From positions 34,600,874-34,664,873 of the forward strand of contig NC_068994.1 in assembly GCF_001194135.2 (NCBI RefSeq): a DNA stretch of 64,000 nucleotides. The letters are read 5' to 3'. Every line of letters begins with the position of its first letter. Within the stretch, counting starts at the first letter, position 1. A program made the translations under genes and the position numbers. The stretch is from Octopus bimaculoides. Taxonomy: Eukaryota. Positions 52,706-64,000 of this stretch are shown here, in pieces. Under the pieces are notes generated by a model. The model saw only the letters and a list, made by a program, of their open reading frames with translations, was not told where the DNA came from and searched no databases.

Positions 52706-53058
52706 CACGGTGTGGTTAGAAGGTTGCTTCCCAACCACATGGTTCTGGGTTCAGTCCCACTGCATGACACTTTGGGCAAGAGTATTCTAAAATAGCCTCA
52801 GGCTGACCAAAGCCTTATGAGTGGATTTGGTAGATGGAAATTGAAAGAAGCCTGTCATCTCCCCTGCTATCTCTTGACAACTGATGCTGGTGTGCTTATG
52901 TCCCCATATATTAGCAGTTTGGCAAAAGAGGCCAATAGAATGAGTACTAGGCTTAGAAAAGAATAAGTCCTGGGGTCGATTTCTTCAACTAAAACCTTTT
53001 AATGTGGTGCTCCAGCATGGCCACTGCCAAATGGCTGCAACAAGTAAAAGAATAAAAG
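52706..53058 (+). mobile_element. SINE, family B
   Basis: GTGTGGTTAGAAGGTTGCTTCCCAACCACATGGTTCTGGGTTCAGTCCCAC...CCAGCATGGCCAC..AACAAGTAAAAGAATAAAAG. Confidence 0.85.
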
Positions 53059-53661
53059 AAAAGTATTAAATGAAATTACAGAGAGACAGAGAGAGAGAGC
53101 TTCTCAGAGACCCTAGAAACAGTCAATAACACTCTTTTTTCCCACCTGATCAAAAGAAAAAATAAATAAATAAATAAATAAAAGATCTAACTTTCAGAAG
53201 GATAAATCTTTATGTTGAACCCGAACAAGACTTGAACTTAGAATTTAAGCTGAGAAAAGAACAATAAAATAAATCAATTAATTAATAAATCTATTGTTAA
53301 ACTATCCAGTCATTAATAAAAGGACAATAAACAGCATGGAAGACAGATATTAGGCATTCAAAAACACAGAAAAGCTATTAACTTTGCTTAAACATTTATT
53401 AATTCAGTGTTTAGCCGTAGAATTGTATCAATGTTCAGATCACAGTTGACATCAAATACTAAATGTTTCAGTGGAATTTTCTTGTCTTTTTAAAATTTTT
53501 GCTGTGTTTTCAAATGGCTAATATCTGTCTCTTCTATGCTGTAATAGTTTTTTAGTTTCAACACAGTCTCAGCTCAAATCTCTTGCCAGGCAAGTATATC
53601 ACTGAAACAAAAGTATGAACGTTTTAAAAAAAAATATATTAAATAATAAGAATGAACTTAC

Positions 53662-56061
53662 ATAAGTTACTTGAGGTGTTCCTTGTACGGCTGCCTGAGG
53701 CTGTATTTCAACAGCAGACCCTTTCCAAGTATGGCCTGCTTGAAATTCGGCACAGGGTTCCTTTTTAAGCAATGTTGCTTGGTAGACCTGGTTGTGTTCT
53801 TGTTTAGTTACCATGGTAACTGGAATATCATATTGTTCACACACATTTTCTGATTGGTTTCTTTCATCTAGAAATTTGTTATCGGCCTCTGTGGTGCTTC
53901 CATATGGCACATTCTTTTGATTGTGCCTCTGGACAATACATATTATAACTGAAATTGCTGTTACTATGGTGATAATGACTGCTGCCACAACAAAGAGAAT
54001 CATCAAGTTGATATGTATTCTATTGTCTGTTTCCACATGCACTGTGGTTTGCATTTTGGCTGTTTTGTTGCTAACTGTTAATATTAAAGACAAGGTGGTT
54101 GTTGCAGATAGAACTGGAGTACCGCTGTCTTTAACAACAAACAGGAGCTCGTATGATCCAGCGTCGTTTTGGTAAACGGTACGAGAAAAAGATAAAACTC
54201 CTGTGTAGGAGTTCACTTTGAATAGCTGTTTCTCGTTTCCTCCAAGTATTTCGTACCTGAGGAAAGCATTGACATGGCTGTCTCTGTCAGAGGCTCTCAA
54301 TACTGCAACATCATTCTTGCGATGGGGTTGATAGTGGACATCTAAACTAAAAGGGTTAACACTAGGAAATGTAAAATAAGGAGCATTATCATTCTCATCC
54401 ATAACCTCAACAACAACATTTGCTGTGTTGTTTAGTGATGGTGTTCCATTGTCTTTGACGAAAACTTTGAATTTGTAAATATCTTGTTGTTCATAATCTA
54501 CAGACCGAGTTGTCGAAATGAAACCAAAATCAGAAATTTCAAATGGCAGTATGTGTTGGTCACTAATTAATGAGTAACTAAGTTGACCTCCTATACCTAA
54601 ATCAGGGTCAGTCGCGTTAATGAAACCAACAGGAAAGTTTGGCTCTTCGTTCTCATAAGTCAGAAACTTGAAAGTGTTTTTGGTGAAATGTGGCTTCACA
54701 TCATTCACGTCTGTTACTTGGATGGAGAAATTTCTATCTGTCCCAAGAGGAACAGACCCTTTATCCTGGCAGCTAATTCTAAAATCAAGATGATTTTCTG
54801 TCTCTCTATCAATCAGATTCTTTACAGTTATTTTATATTTTTTCTTTCCAAGGTTTTGAAGTTGTAACTTGTTGTGTTGAAGTTCACAAGTGACTTCTCC
54901 ATTTTCTCCAACGTCATTGTCAGTGACTTTCACGTAAGCTATAAAACTACCCACTTTAACTCCTTCTGATATAGTGAAGGCATTTTCTGTCGACTCAGAG
55001 AAAAAATTCACCTCCACACTTGGAGGATTGTTCAATTGGTTGATAACATTTACAAGAACAATAGCAGTGGAACTAAGAGGAGGGTTACCACCATCCATAG
55101 CTTCAATGAATAACTTATAGGTTTGCCTTTGTTCAAAGGGGAAATTGTCACGATAGAAAATTTCTCCTGTATTTTTAACTAACTCAAAGTAAGTTTTTGT
55201 TAATCCAGCCATCTTTGAACTGAAGTAATATGACACTTGACCATTTTCATCAGAATCGAAATCTTTTGCCAAGACAGTTACAATTGATAAATTTTTTGGA
55301 TGAGTATTCCTTAAAGAAACATTATATACACTTTCAGTAAAAATTGGAGGATTATCATTTTCATCTTTTACTAATATTTTAACATTTAAAACACCTTGTT
55401 TCTTAGGAAATCCTCCGTCTTTGGCTATAACTTGCAGTGTATAAGTATCTTTTGTTTCTCGGTCAAGTTTTTCAACTAAGACAATACCCAGTTTTGCCGT
55501 GCCATCTAGTTTTTCATAAACTGACAAATCAAATGGTTCATTTTTGCTTTTTTTCAATACATAAGTTATTAAAGAATTCTGAACTCCAAGATCTTTGTCT
55601 ATGGCATTTGGAATTGATAATCGTGACCCTTTCCTGTCTCTTTCTGAGAAATGGATTTCGACTTCATCCACCGTAAATTCTGGTGGGTGATCATTTACAT
55701 CTTCTATAACAACTTTTATTTCCAACACTTTGATAAAGGATTCCTGGTTTTTGACAGCAACTTCAATAGTCTTGAAACAGTCTGTATTATATTTACAAAG
55801 TGATTCAGCATCAAGAACTTGTGAAGTAAAAAGTTTACCAACTTTTGAAACTCGAAATAATTCGGATTTACTGTTCTTTGCTAATTGACTGAATGTTATC
55901 TGATCATGGTATTCTGGAGAGACCGTATCGAAAATGTGTGTATCAGCAGCAATATTCCCCACATAGGTGTCGGAGCTTTTCCCTTCATCCACTCGGTAAA
56001 TGAAATCCAAACACACACATGTGTCAATTAGAAATTGAAGTATGAGCAATTGTAACAACAT
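53662..56061 (-). CDS. Pcdh: Protocadherin coding exon 1: signal peptide, EC1-EC6, TM, proximal cytoplasmic tail (codons 1-800)
   Basis: Uninterrupted ORF with a hydrophobic N-terminus (MLLQLLILQFLIDTCVC). Six cadherin repeats carry DxNDxxPxF, DxDxG, LDRE/DYE and DxGxP motifs, and EC1 has the protocadherin C-x5-C motif (CKYNTDC). TM is ~aa 684-710. ATG context is GCAAC-ATG. A phase-0 donor TAT|GTAAGT has its intron starting at 53661. Confidence 0.97.
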
Positions 56062-56150
56062 GTTGCCTTGTAACTATGTTTCCAAGTTAAATTAAAAGTC
56101 ATTTCAACTCAAGTCCCAATGAAAAGATTCAATCTGAAAAAAAGAGAAAA
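56062..56150 (-). promoter_or_regulatory. 5' UTR part of exon 1 with a probable splice acceptor (TTTTCTCTTTTTTTCAG|ATTG, AG at 56135-56134), implying an upstream non-coding exon
   Basis: A polypyrimidine tract plus CAG lies 72 nt upstream of the ATG. Candidate donors are GTAACT (56487) and GTAAGA (56540). Several ATGs upstream of the acceptor would be spliced out. Confidence 0.4.
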
Positions 56151-56606
56151 TTTTAAATAATTAAAAGAACAAAAACAAAAAAAAAAGACATGTCAGCTAT
56201 ATTTTTGTAGCTAAAATTGATATTATCTAGAAAAATAATGTTTCTTCATTCCTCCTTGGAGAACGTAGTTTTGAACAAAAGGAGTTGATGTCACCAGGTG
56301 GTATCCAATGATCATTAGGTGTTTCAACCATAAACCGTAATACTCTCTTATAGGTGGATCATCAATGGTGGTCAAATCACTGCTTATCTTCTCCTCCTGA
56401 CTTCCAGTTTAACTCCTCTCTCTCTCTCTTGCTCCATAACCAGCAAGTGGCTCTTTTGTCTGCTACTCCTATCTTCTGCACAGTTACTTTTCACTGGAAA
56501 ACAAACCAAAAGTAGAAACAAACCCTAGTCAGGCTCTTACACACATGTCAGCCTTTAAATAAATATATATAAATATGGGTTTCCTTAGAATTCTACATGA
56601 GCAGAA

Positions 56607-57195
56607 GCATGGCTAAGTGATTAAGAAGTTTACTTCAAGGTTGTGTGGCTTTGAGTTCAGTCTGGCACCTAGAACTACCAGACTTGTGAGCAGATTTGGT
56701 AGATGGAAACTAGGCGAAGCACATTGTGTATGCATGTGTGCACATTTGTGTCTCCTTGCCTTGAGAATATGTGATGTCATCAAATTCTCTTATACAATCA
56801 GAGCCATTTATTTGCAATTTTCCATGAAAATCGTTCTGGTCATTGAAATGCTCATGTTCAGAAAGACTAGGGTAAATATTATCTGGGTTGTAAACCTGTA
56901 AAGTTTGGCAACAGGAAGCATATTGAGACGTAGAAAATTTGCCTTAACAAATTTCATCTTGCCCAAGCAAACATGGAAAAGTGGATGCTAAAATTATGAT
57001 AAGGAGGATTGTACGAAAGTAATCATCCATACTTCAGAAAGAAAAAAAATTATTATATGGTTGTGTGGTTAACAAACTCACTTTGAAACTTCATCGTTTC
57101 AGGTTCAGTTCCACTGTGTGACACATGTGGAAAATGTCATTTAAGTGTCCTGGGCTTTATAAGTGGATTTAGTAGACAGAAACTGTGTAGAAGCA
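56607..57195 (+). mobile_element. Two decayed family B SINE heads (~56607-56770, ~57055-57195) with an intervening family F-like tail (~56900-57000)
   Basis: GATTTGGTAGATGGAAAC and GGTTCAGTTCCACTG..GTGGATTTAGTAGACAGAAACT motifs. Confidence 0.6.
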
Positions 57196-57196
57196 T

Positions 57197-57236
<40 letters not shown>

Positions 57237-57848
57237 NNNNNNNNNNNNNNNNNNNNNNNNNNNNNNNNNNNNNNNNNNNNNNNNNNNNNNNNNNNNNNNN
57301 NNNNNNNNNNNNNNNNNNNNNNNNNNNNNNNNNNNNNNNNNNNNNNNNNNNNNNNNNNNNNNNNNNNNNNNNNNNNNNNNNNNNNNNNNNNNNNNNNNNN
57401 NNNNNNNNNNNNNNNNNNNNNNNNNNNNNNNNNNNNNNNNNNNNNNNNNNNNNNNNNNNNNNNNNNNNNNNNNNNNNNNNNNNNNNNNNNNNNNNNNNNN
57501 NNNNNNNNNNNNNNNNNNNNNNNNNNNNNNNNNNNNNNNNNNNNNNNNNNNNNNNNNNNNNNNNNNNNNNNNNNNNNNNNNNNNNNNNNNNNNNNNNNNN
57601 NNNNNNNNNNNNNNNNNNNNNNNNNNNNNNNNNNNNNNNNNNNNNNNNNNNNNNNNNNNNNNNNNNNNNNNNNNNNNNNNNNNNNNNNNNNNNNNNNNNG
57701 AGACGATAAGAAATGGAGCAATAATTAACAATGAGAAGTAGATCATTAGTGTTTTAAAGTCATTGTTTAATTTAATTTAATTAAACAATGACTTTGAAAC
57801 ACCAATGATCCACTTCTCATTGTTAATTATTGCTCCATTTCTTAACCT

Positions 57849-57849
57849 G

Positions 57850-57938
<89 letters not shown>
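57849..57938. repeat. (CT)n(TA)n compound microsatellite
   Basis: Directly visible. Confidence 0.95.
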
Positions 57939-57941
<3 letters not shown>

Positions 57942-59640
57942 TGTATGATTGGGCATGCTCCACTAGCACCACCACAACTCTGGTGTTGATTTGTGTTTCT
58001 CCCTGTAACTTAGAAGTTCAGCAAAAGAGAGTGATAGAATAAGTATTAAACGTAAAAGAATAGTACTGGAGTCAATTTGTTCAAAGTAAACACTTCAAGG
58101 CAGTACCCCAGTATGGTCGTAGCCCAATAACTGAAACAAGTAAATGATAAAAGATAATGTAAGGACAAATGAAGAGATTAGTAGAAAAGTGTGTTAGAAA
58201 AGAACTTATAACTTTATAACAAATGTGTTTGTTGGATAGATTTAGCTACCACTTAGACATATGTAACATGCAGTTTGCAGCACTTAAAGGAGAGGGTAGC
58301 AAAATAAAATAAAATAAAATAAGATGAAAACAAAAAAAAAATGGATGTAGTTGGTGGGGTTATATAAACCCTAGCATATTAAATTGTGGCAGGGAAATAA
58401 ACTACTTCACCATTTTCAAAATGAAAAGTTTTACAGTTGTATTCTATCTCAATGTTTTTAAGATATTCTCTTCAAGATCAATAATATTTTTTTTTTTTTT
58501 TTTTTTTTGCAAAAATGTTTCACGATGCTTCGTGGTATTTCAATAAATTTTTCATTAATCTCCATACAGGAACAAAACCAAAAAAAGAAAAAAGATAATA
58601 CTAATAATAATAAAAAGAAGAGCCAAAAATAAACTAAAATAAAACAAAATAGATAAAAATATTTAGTGTACATTAGCTTGAGCTCGATTTCTACTTTTCA
58701 TTACATTTTATCATCATCATCATTATTATTATTATTATCATTTTTATTATGTTCTATTTTTTATTATTTCCTTATTAGTTTCCCTACATTAAACACACAC
58801 ACACTCTCACACATTATCGATTTAAATATACAAGTACTTCCAATTTTAAATAGTCAAATCTAAATTAGTCTACTATTTGAATAAAAATAGCTAAATATAA
58901 TATGATGATGACGACAACAACAACAACAGTAACAGCAATATCAAAAAACATCAATAATATTAATAATAGTAACAACAGTACCTGCAAAAATAAATTAAAG
59001 CAAAAAAAAATGTAAGTAAAGAAAATATTGAAAATGAAAGTAGGGAAAAATGGTGAGTGAGGGTGGGGTGAGAAGCAGAGAAGAAAATGAATAAGAGAAA
59101 CAATAAGAAAATGTATAGCTTCCTTGAAGGAATTTCCTCCCCCTTCAGAAAAAAGGAGGAAGAGGAAACTATAAAGCAAGGTTTAGAGTTACTTTTAGGT
59201 GCAGAAACCTTAACTGGGTAAAAAATAAAGAAAGAAAATAGAAGATAAAAACAGAAATAAAACATAATTAAAATGTATAAAAAAAGACATTAACAAAAAT
59301 GAGATAAAAGCAGGGCTGCATAAGATCTAGTTGCACAACATACAGATGTATATACTAGATAGGTTGTGCTTTTCTTAGAATAGGAGAGGATTTGTTCTGT
59401 ATCTTTTGTTCATTTATATTTTTGGTTGTTAGTGTTTTTTTTTCTTTATATAGCATGTCATGTTCTGTAGAAATTCATGTTAACACTCCATGTTTTGCAC
59501 TTTACTTTCTGTGCAACGAAAGTGGACCATTTTTTTCTTTTAAACATTTCCATTATTAGTTTAATAGTGTCACCTGCCATACAGGTGTGGAGACCTATGT
59601 GCACACACATGAAAAAATGCTTAAAATGAAAGTGAATGCT

Positions 59641-59701
<61 letters not shown>

Positions 59702-60028
59702 TTATATATATATATATACACACACACACATAATTGTATACTTTCTTTCTGACAGCGACTGTAAATGGCCGAAAATGGCAGTTGTGATACCCCCTGGACT
59801 GTCAACAGTTTCGTCTTTAAGACCGAAGCAGTCATCAGCAGGGTCAGCACAAATCTCCAGTTCCTGGACTAGATTGCCAACAGTATATATATGTTTACAC
59901 CACAGAAATCTCTCTCTATACACACACACACACACACACACACTGTCAAGCCATCCAACCTATGCACGCATGGAAAACGCATGTTAAATGATGATGATAA
60001 TGATGATACATACAAGCATACATATACA

Positions 60029-60059
<31 letters not shown>

Positions 60060-60071
60060 TGCATGTGTGTG

Positions 60072-60580
60072 AAGGCACATGGCCAAGTGCTTAGGGTGTG
60101 GCACTTGTAATTGCAAGTTTGTGGTTTCAATTCCCAGGCTGGTGGTGCATTATGTTATTAAGCAAAACATTTGCTTTCACGTTGCTACTATTCACTCAGT
60201 CATAAATGGTTAACCTTGTGATGGACTGGTATTCTGTTCAGGTCAGCTATTGCCTACTCTCCTAACCATTGGGGTGGCAGCATTCAAAAGTTACAACAAT
60301 GCAAGAAGAAACATTGTGAAAATGGTGCATAATAACATCTGATAGACTGATGAATACAAGCTGCATAGCCTAATCGTTAGGGTTTCAATTCCTAGACCCA
60401 GTGGTAAATTGTGTTCTTGAGCAAAACACTTCATCTTACATTGTTCTGTGATCACTTCAGCACCTGACATGTGGCACACTGTGCACCTTTTCAGACAACA
60501 TCGATTTGATGGAGAGAGAGTGAGCTATAAACAAATGATTTGTGCAGGTCATTTGGCAAAAGTGCTGAACACTCATATGT
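60072..60580 (+). mobile_element. Adjacent SINEs: family D (60072-60300) and local family E (60360-60580)
   Basis: TGGCCAAGTGCTTAGG..GGTTTCAATTCCCAGG..AACCTTGTGATGGACTGG; the second has GTGTTCTTGAGCAAAACACTTCATC..CCTGACATGTGG, as at 42690-42930. Confidence 0.6.
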
Positions 60581-61431
60581 CATCTTCGATGGGAGAGTCT
60601 ATTATATATATATAATTATATATANNNNNNNNNNNNNNNNNNNNNNNNNNNNNNNNNNNNNNNNNNNNNNNNNNNNNNNNNNNNNNNNNNNNNNNNNNNN
60701 NNNNNNNNNNNNNNNNNNNNNNNNNNNNNNNNNNNNNNNNNNNNNNNNNNNNNNNNNNNNNNNNNNNNNNNNNNNNNNATATATATATATATATATAGTC
60801 CAAATTTACAGAAAACAAAAGATGAAGACAAGTGTGAGAACAAGCAAGTGTATTAATCTAACACTTGGAAAGAATAGAAAAGTCTTTGTTGTTTCGAGCT
60901 TATGCTCTTCAACAGAAAAGATTGGTAAGAAAAAAAAAATGGAGGAAGAATGCAAAGAATGAGTGAGAAAAAAAATGTGTAGGGATTAACAGTGCAGTGA
61001 ATAACTAGTGATAATCCAGGTAGCTACTATTCAAGCTCTTTAGTATAATCCAAGTTATGGCAAACCACATTGAATGTTAAGGAATAACCTAGGACTATCT
61101 GAGGTAAACAATCTCAATGTCTTTCATCTGATGGGTAAATCCTGAGTTTGTTTCATTGGATTGTAAACAGTTTACTGAGTGTATATCTAAGAAAATTCAA
61201 ATAAATAAGGAGGATTATATATCTACACAGTTTTTATTACTACAGTCAATTATGCAGCTTATTTAATTTAAATCTCTGCCTGACATATGTTTATGCTGCA
61301 TAGAAATCTTGCAACGTAGTATACATTTGCATCCTGTTTATTCATCTGATTAAGAATCTGTGCAGTTTTATTCAAGGTGTTGCCACTATTATAGTTTGAA
61401 GTGAACTAGAGGTATGATGGTTTTGAATTGT

Positions 61432-61552
61432 CCAAAGCTTGCTTCCCAACCACTTGGTTCTGGGTTCAGTCCCACTGCATGACACTTTGGGCAAGTATCT
61501 TCTACTAAAGCCTCAGGCTGACCAAAGCCTTGTGAGTGGATTTGGAAGACAG
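61432..61552 (+). mobile_element. Partial SINE, family B
   Basis: GCTTGCTTCCCAACCACTTGGTTCTGGGTTCAGTCCCACTGCATGACACTTTGGGCAAG..GTGAGTGGATTTGG. Confidence 0.75.
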
Positions 61553-61595
61553 ATACCATATTTAGTGTGGGTGAAAGGTAAGGTTGGATACTGGG

Positions 61596-61628
<33 letters not shown>

Positions 61629-62011
61629 AAGCCAAAGCCATAGAGACACATAGACTTACCTATATAATTACATATACATATATATACATTCATGTCATAT
61701 ATATATCTTGTTTGCGATGAAATTGTGGGAGGGAGCTTGAAAGTGGTTTCTTTCAGTTGCTCCCTATTTGTTTCCCTCGAGTAACTTATGCTGCATAAAG
61801 GTGAATATCGTCATGGTTAAGATTGGGGTTTGGGTTTATATATATAACTGAACATCAATGTAATTTGTGTCTTGAAAGAATTGGGTGTCTTCCCTCTTTC
61901 TTTTCTTATCTTTTCTTTTTCTGCTGCTTAGGTAAATCTGAAAAGAAATAAAAAGGGGGAAAACGTATAAATTAAGAGAATTTATAGTAAGAAACATGAA
62001 GATAATTAAAT

Positions 62012-62388
62012 TAATTTAATTGTGTCTCAGGAGGGTCATGATGTCAATAATAAACACATACACTGGTTATATTTCACTTCTTTATTTTGATTTGTCAACT
62101 GGATAACTGTTTAACCAATTAACTAATCAAAAGGGTTTGATTAATCGGCCAATAAGGCAGATCTGAAACAGATTTGGAGTAGAGAGGGCATGTGACTGAT
62201 GAGGTCACAAATGGCAACAAAAGGACCTTGATGAGCTTAACTGGTTGACTAACTGATCAAATTATTAATCAAATAATCGATTATTTAATTGGTTAAATTG
62301 ACAAATAATAATAATAAAAGTAGTGAAATACAACCAGAGCATGTGTTTATTATTGGTGTAATGACCCTCCCAAAATACAACTAATTAC
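62012..62388. mobile_element. Foldback/MITE-like element with long imperfect inverted arms
   Basis: Left GGAGGGTCAT..CAATAATAAACACAT..CTGGTT.TATTTCACT..TTTGTCAA..TTTAACCAATTAA mirrors right TTAATTGGTTAAA-TTGACAAA..AGTGAAATACAACCAG..ATGTGTTTATTATTG..ATGACCCTCC; spacer ~90 bp. Confidence 0.7.
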
Positions 62389-62954
62389 ATCTCAACACAT
62401 GAATTCACATCAAGAATCTTGCAAACAAAATGCAAAAATTACATCAATGGTGGTTTCTAATTTAGGCACAGTGCCAACAATTTTAAGGGAATGGGTCAGT
62501 CCATTATAACGTGCCTAGTATGTATTTGTGTGTTTGCATATTCCTTTGAAAGCCAGTGTTGGTTTGTTTACAACTCTGTAATTTAGCAGCTCATCAAAAA
62601 TTTTATCAATATCAAAGAGATGGATGAAAGGTTAAGTTGACATTTGAAGGATTCAAGGTAGAAATGATTTCCAACACTCTACTGGTTCAACTACCTTGCT
62701 GCCTTTACATAATATGATTAAATAATGAAGGGAGAAAGATTTAGTTTCAAAATGTAAGGACGAAGACTAATATATACATTGTTGTTTCAGTAATTAAGAT
62801 GCTGCCTTCAAGCGATTTTGTTATTAATCATACTGACAGCAGCACTTATTTCAGTCTGGTTCATGTTTACCAATACTTATTTATGAAACTATGAAACCAT
62901 TAAGTTATGGAACATTAAGGCACACAACATAAATACAACACTGACAGTTATAAG

Positions 62955-63080
62955 CATATGGTTCTGGGTTCAGTCCCACTGCATGGCACCTTCGGTAGGT
63001 GTCTTCTAATATAGCCTCAGGTCAACCAAAGTTTTCTGAGTGGATTTGGTAGAGATGGAAACTGAAAGAAAGTTTGTCGT
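62955..63080 (+). mobile_element. Partial SINE, family B
   Basis: GGTTCTGGGTTCAGTCCCACTGCATGGCACC..GAGTGGATTTGGTAGAGATGGAAACTGAAAGAA. Confidence 0.7.
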
Positions 63081-63081
63081 C

Positions 63082-63510
63082 ATCATTATCATCATCCTTA
63101 TCGTTTAACGTCCGTTTTCCATGTTGGCGTGGTTTGGACGGTTCAACTGGGCTCTGGGAAGCCAGGAGGCTGCACTGGGCTCCAGTCTGATCTGGCAGTA
63201 TTTCTACAGCTGGATGCCTTTCCTAACTCCAACCACTCCAGTAATGTAGTGGGTAATTTTTATGTGCCACTGGCACAGGAGCCAGTCGGAGTGAGGGGCC
63301 TGGCATCGACCACATTCGGATGGTGCATTTTACATGCCACCAGCATGGGAACCACAACTACAATTTCCATTTGCTTGTGATTTGATTTCATTTTGATTTG
63401 ATGTACCTGACTCAATAGGTCACCTCAAGCACAGCATGTTGCCCTACGATCCAAAGGTACTTTTGAGTGGGCTGGTTATGCGACACTGGTGTAGGTTACA
63501 GCTGTGATCT
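63082..63510 (-). mobile_element. Family F repeat
   Basis: Plus strand CGTTTAACGTCCGTTTTCCATG..TTTCTACAGCTGGATGCCTTTCCTAAC..TTTTACATGCCACCAGC. Confidence 0.7.
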
Positions 63511-63514
63511 CCCT

Positions 63515-63690
63515 GAAATTTTTGTGGGGAGGGGGCCAGTTGATTAGATTGATCCTGGTACACAGCAGGCACTTAATTTATCGACCCTGAAAGAACGAAA
63601 AGTAAAGTTGATCTCAGCAGAATTTGAACTCAGAACTTAAAGACAGACGGTCATAATATACAAACATTTCTCATGGCAGCAGCATTTTTT
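63515..63690 (-). mobile_element. SINE, family A
   Basis: ATCGACCCTGAAAGAACGAAAAGTAAAGTTGATCTCAGCAGAATTTGAACTCAGAAC core. Confidence 0.7.
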
Positions 63691-64000
63691 ATATTTTCCA
63701 TGAATTTTTCACAGGTCCAGCTAGTAATAATTATTTCACTAACTTGTTTATGATTTTAGACTATGATTTCAGGGAGATTTGGCTTCTATTTCTGACAATC
63801 TGCGTTAACACTTAAATACTTTTCTGTTTAGATCACAGAATTTTTGGGGAGTCCATGCAGAAAAATAGTAAACTGGGGCTCCACAATTGTATTTTATGGG
63901 TTCCTAAAAAGGGTTTGCTTTAGATGTATATATTGATATATATTGTGAGAAGCAACTAGGTTTCTTTCTCAAAGTGAGAGTGTGTGAGTGCATATGTGTA

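Noticed and set aside
53599-53661. Hydrophobic C-terminus VSSFLLFNIFFFKTFILLFQ* of the 820-aa ORF, resembling a second TM segment
   Set aside because: It begins exactly at a GTAAGT donor and is T-rich intron read-through. The spliced model explains the tail better, though intron retention is not excluded.
59750-59890. Short GC-richer unique island with open frames (VGNLVQELEICADPADD...)
   Set aside because: No convincing splice sites or homology; it lies between microsatellites and a repeat tail. It could still be a non-coding exon but is unsupported.

Overview
This is an AT-rich, microsatellite- and SINE-dense animal locus from a gapped short-read assembly. The repeats and the gene point to an octopus (coleoid cephalopod); the species is inferred. 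Almost the whole window is one minus-strand protocadherin gene. A large exon (CDS 56061-53662) encodes signal peptide, six cadherin (EC) repeats, TM and the first ~90 aa of cytoplasmic tail. I reconstruct two small distal cytoplasmic exons (39848-39716 and 3442-3162), joined by phase-matched GT-AG sites across introns of ~13.8 and ~36.3 kb. The predicted protein is 937 aa, not the 820-aa read-through in the ORF track. The introns hold decayed retroelements of four classes: a CR1-group LINE, a HERO-like RLE LINE 3' end, an R4/Dong-like 3' end in a (TAA)n tract, and a Penelope-like RT/GIY-YIG element. They also hold many tRNA-derived SINEs, some as close inverted pairs, plus a piggyBac-type MITE, minisatellites and 16 N-gaps; a foldback element lies upstream. 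The best leads are the variable/constant-like exon layout, several routes to alternative cytoplasmic tails, a degenerate EC3-EC4 calcium linker, a CpG-retaining zone around exon 2, and inverted SINE pairs as candidate dsRNA/ADAR substrates. No prokaryotic-type features (CRISPR, operons) are present.
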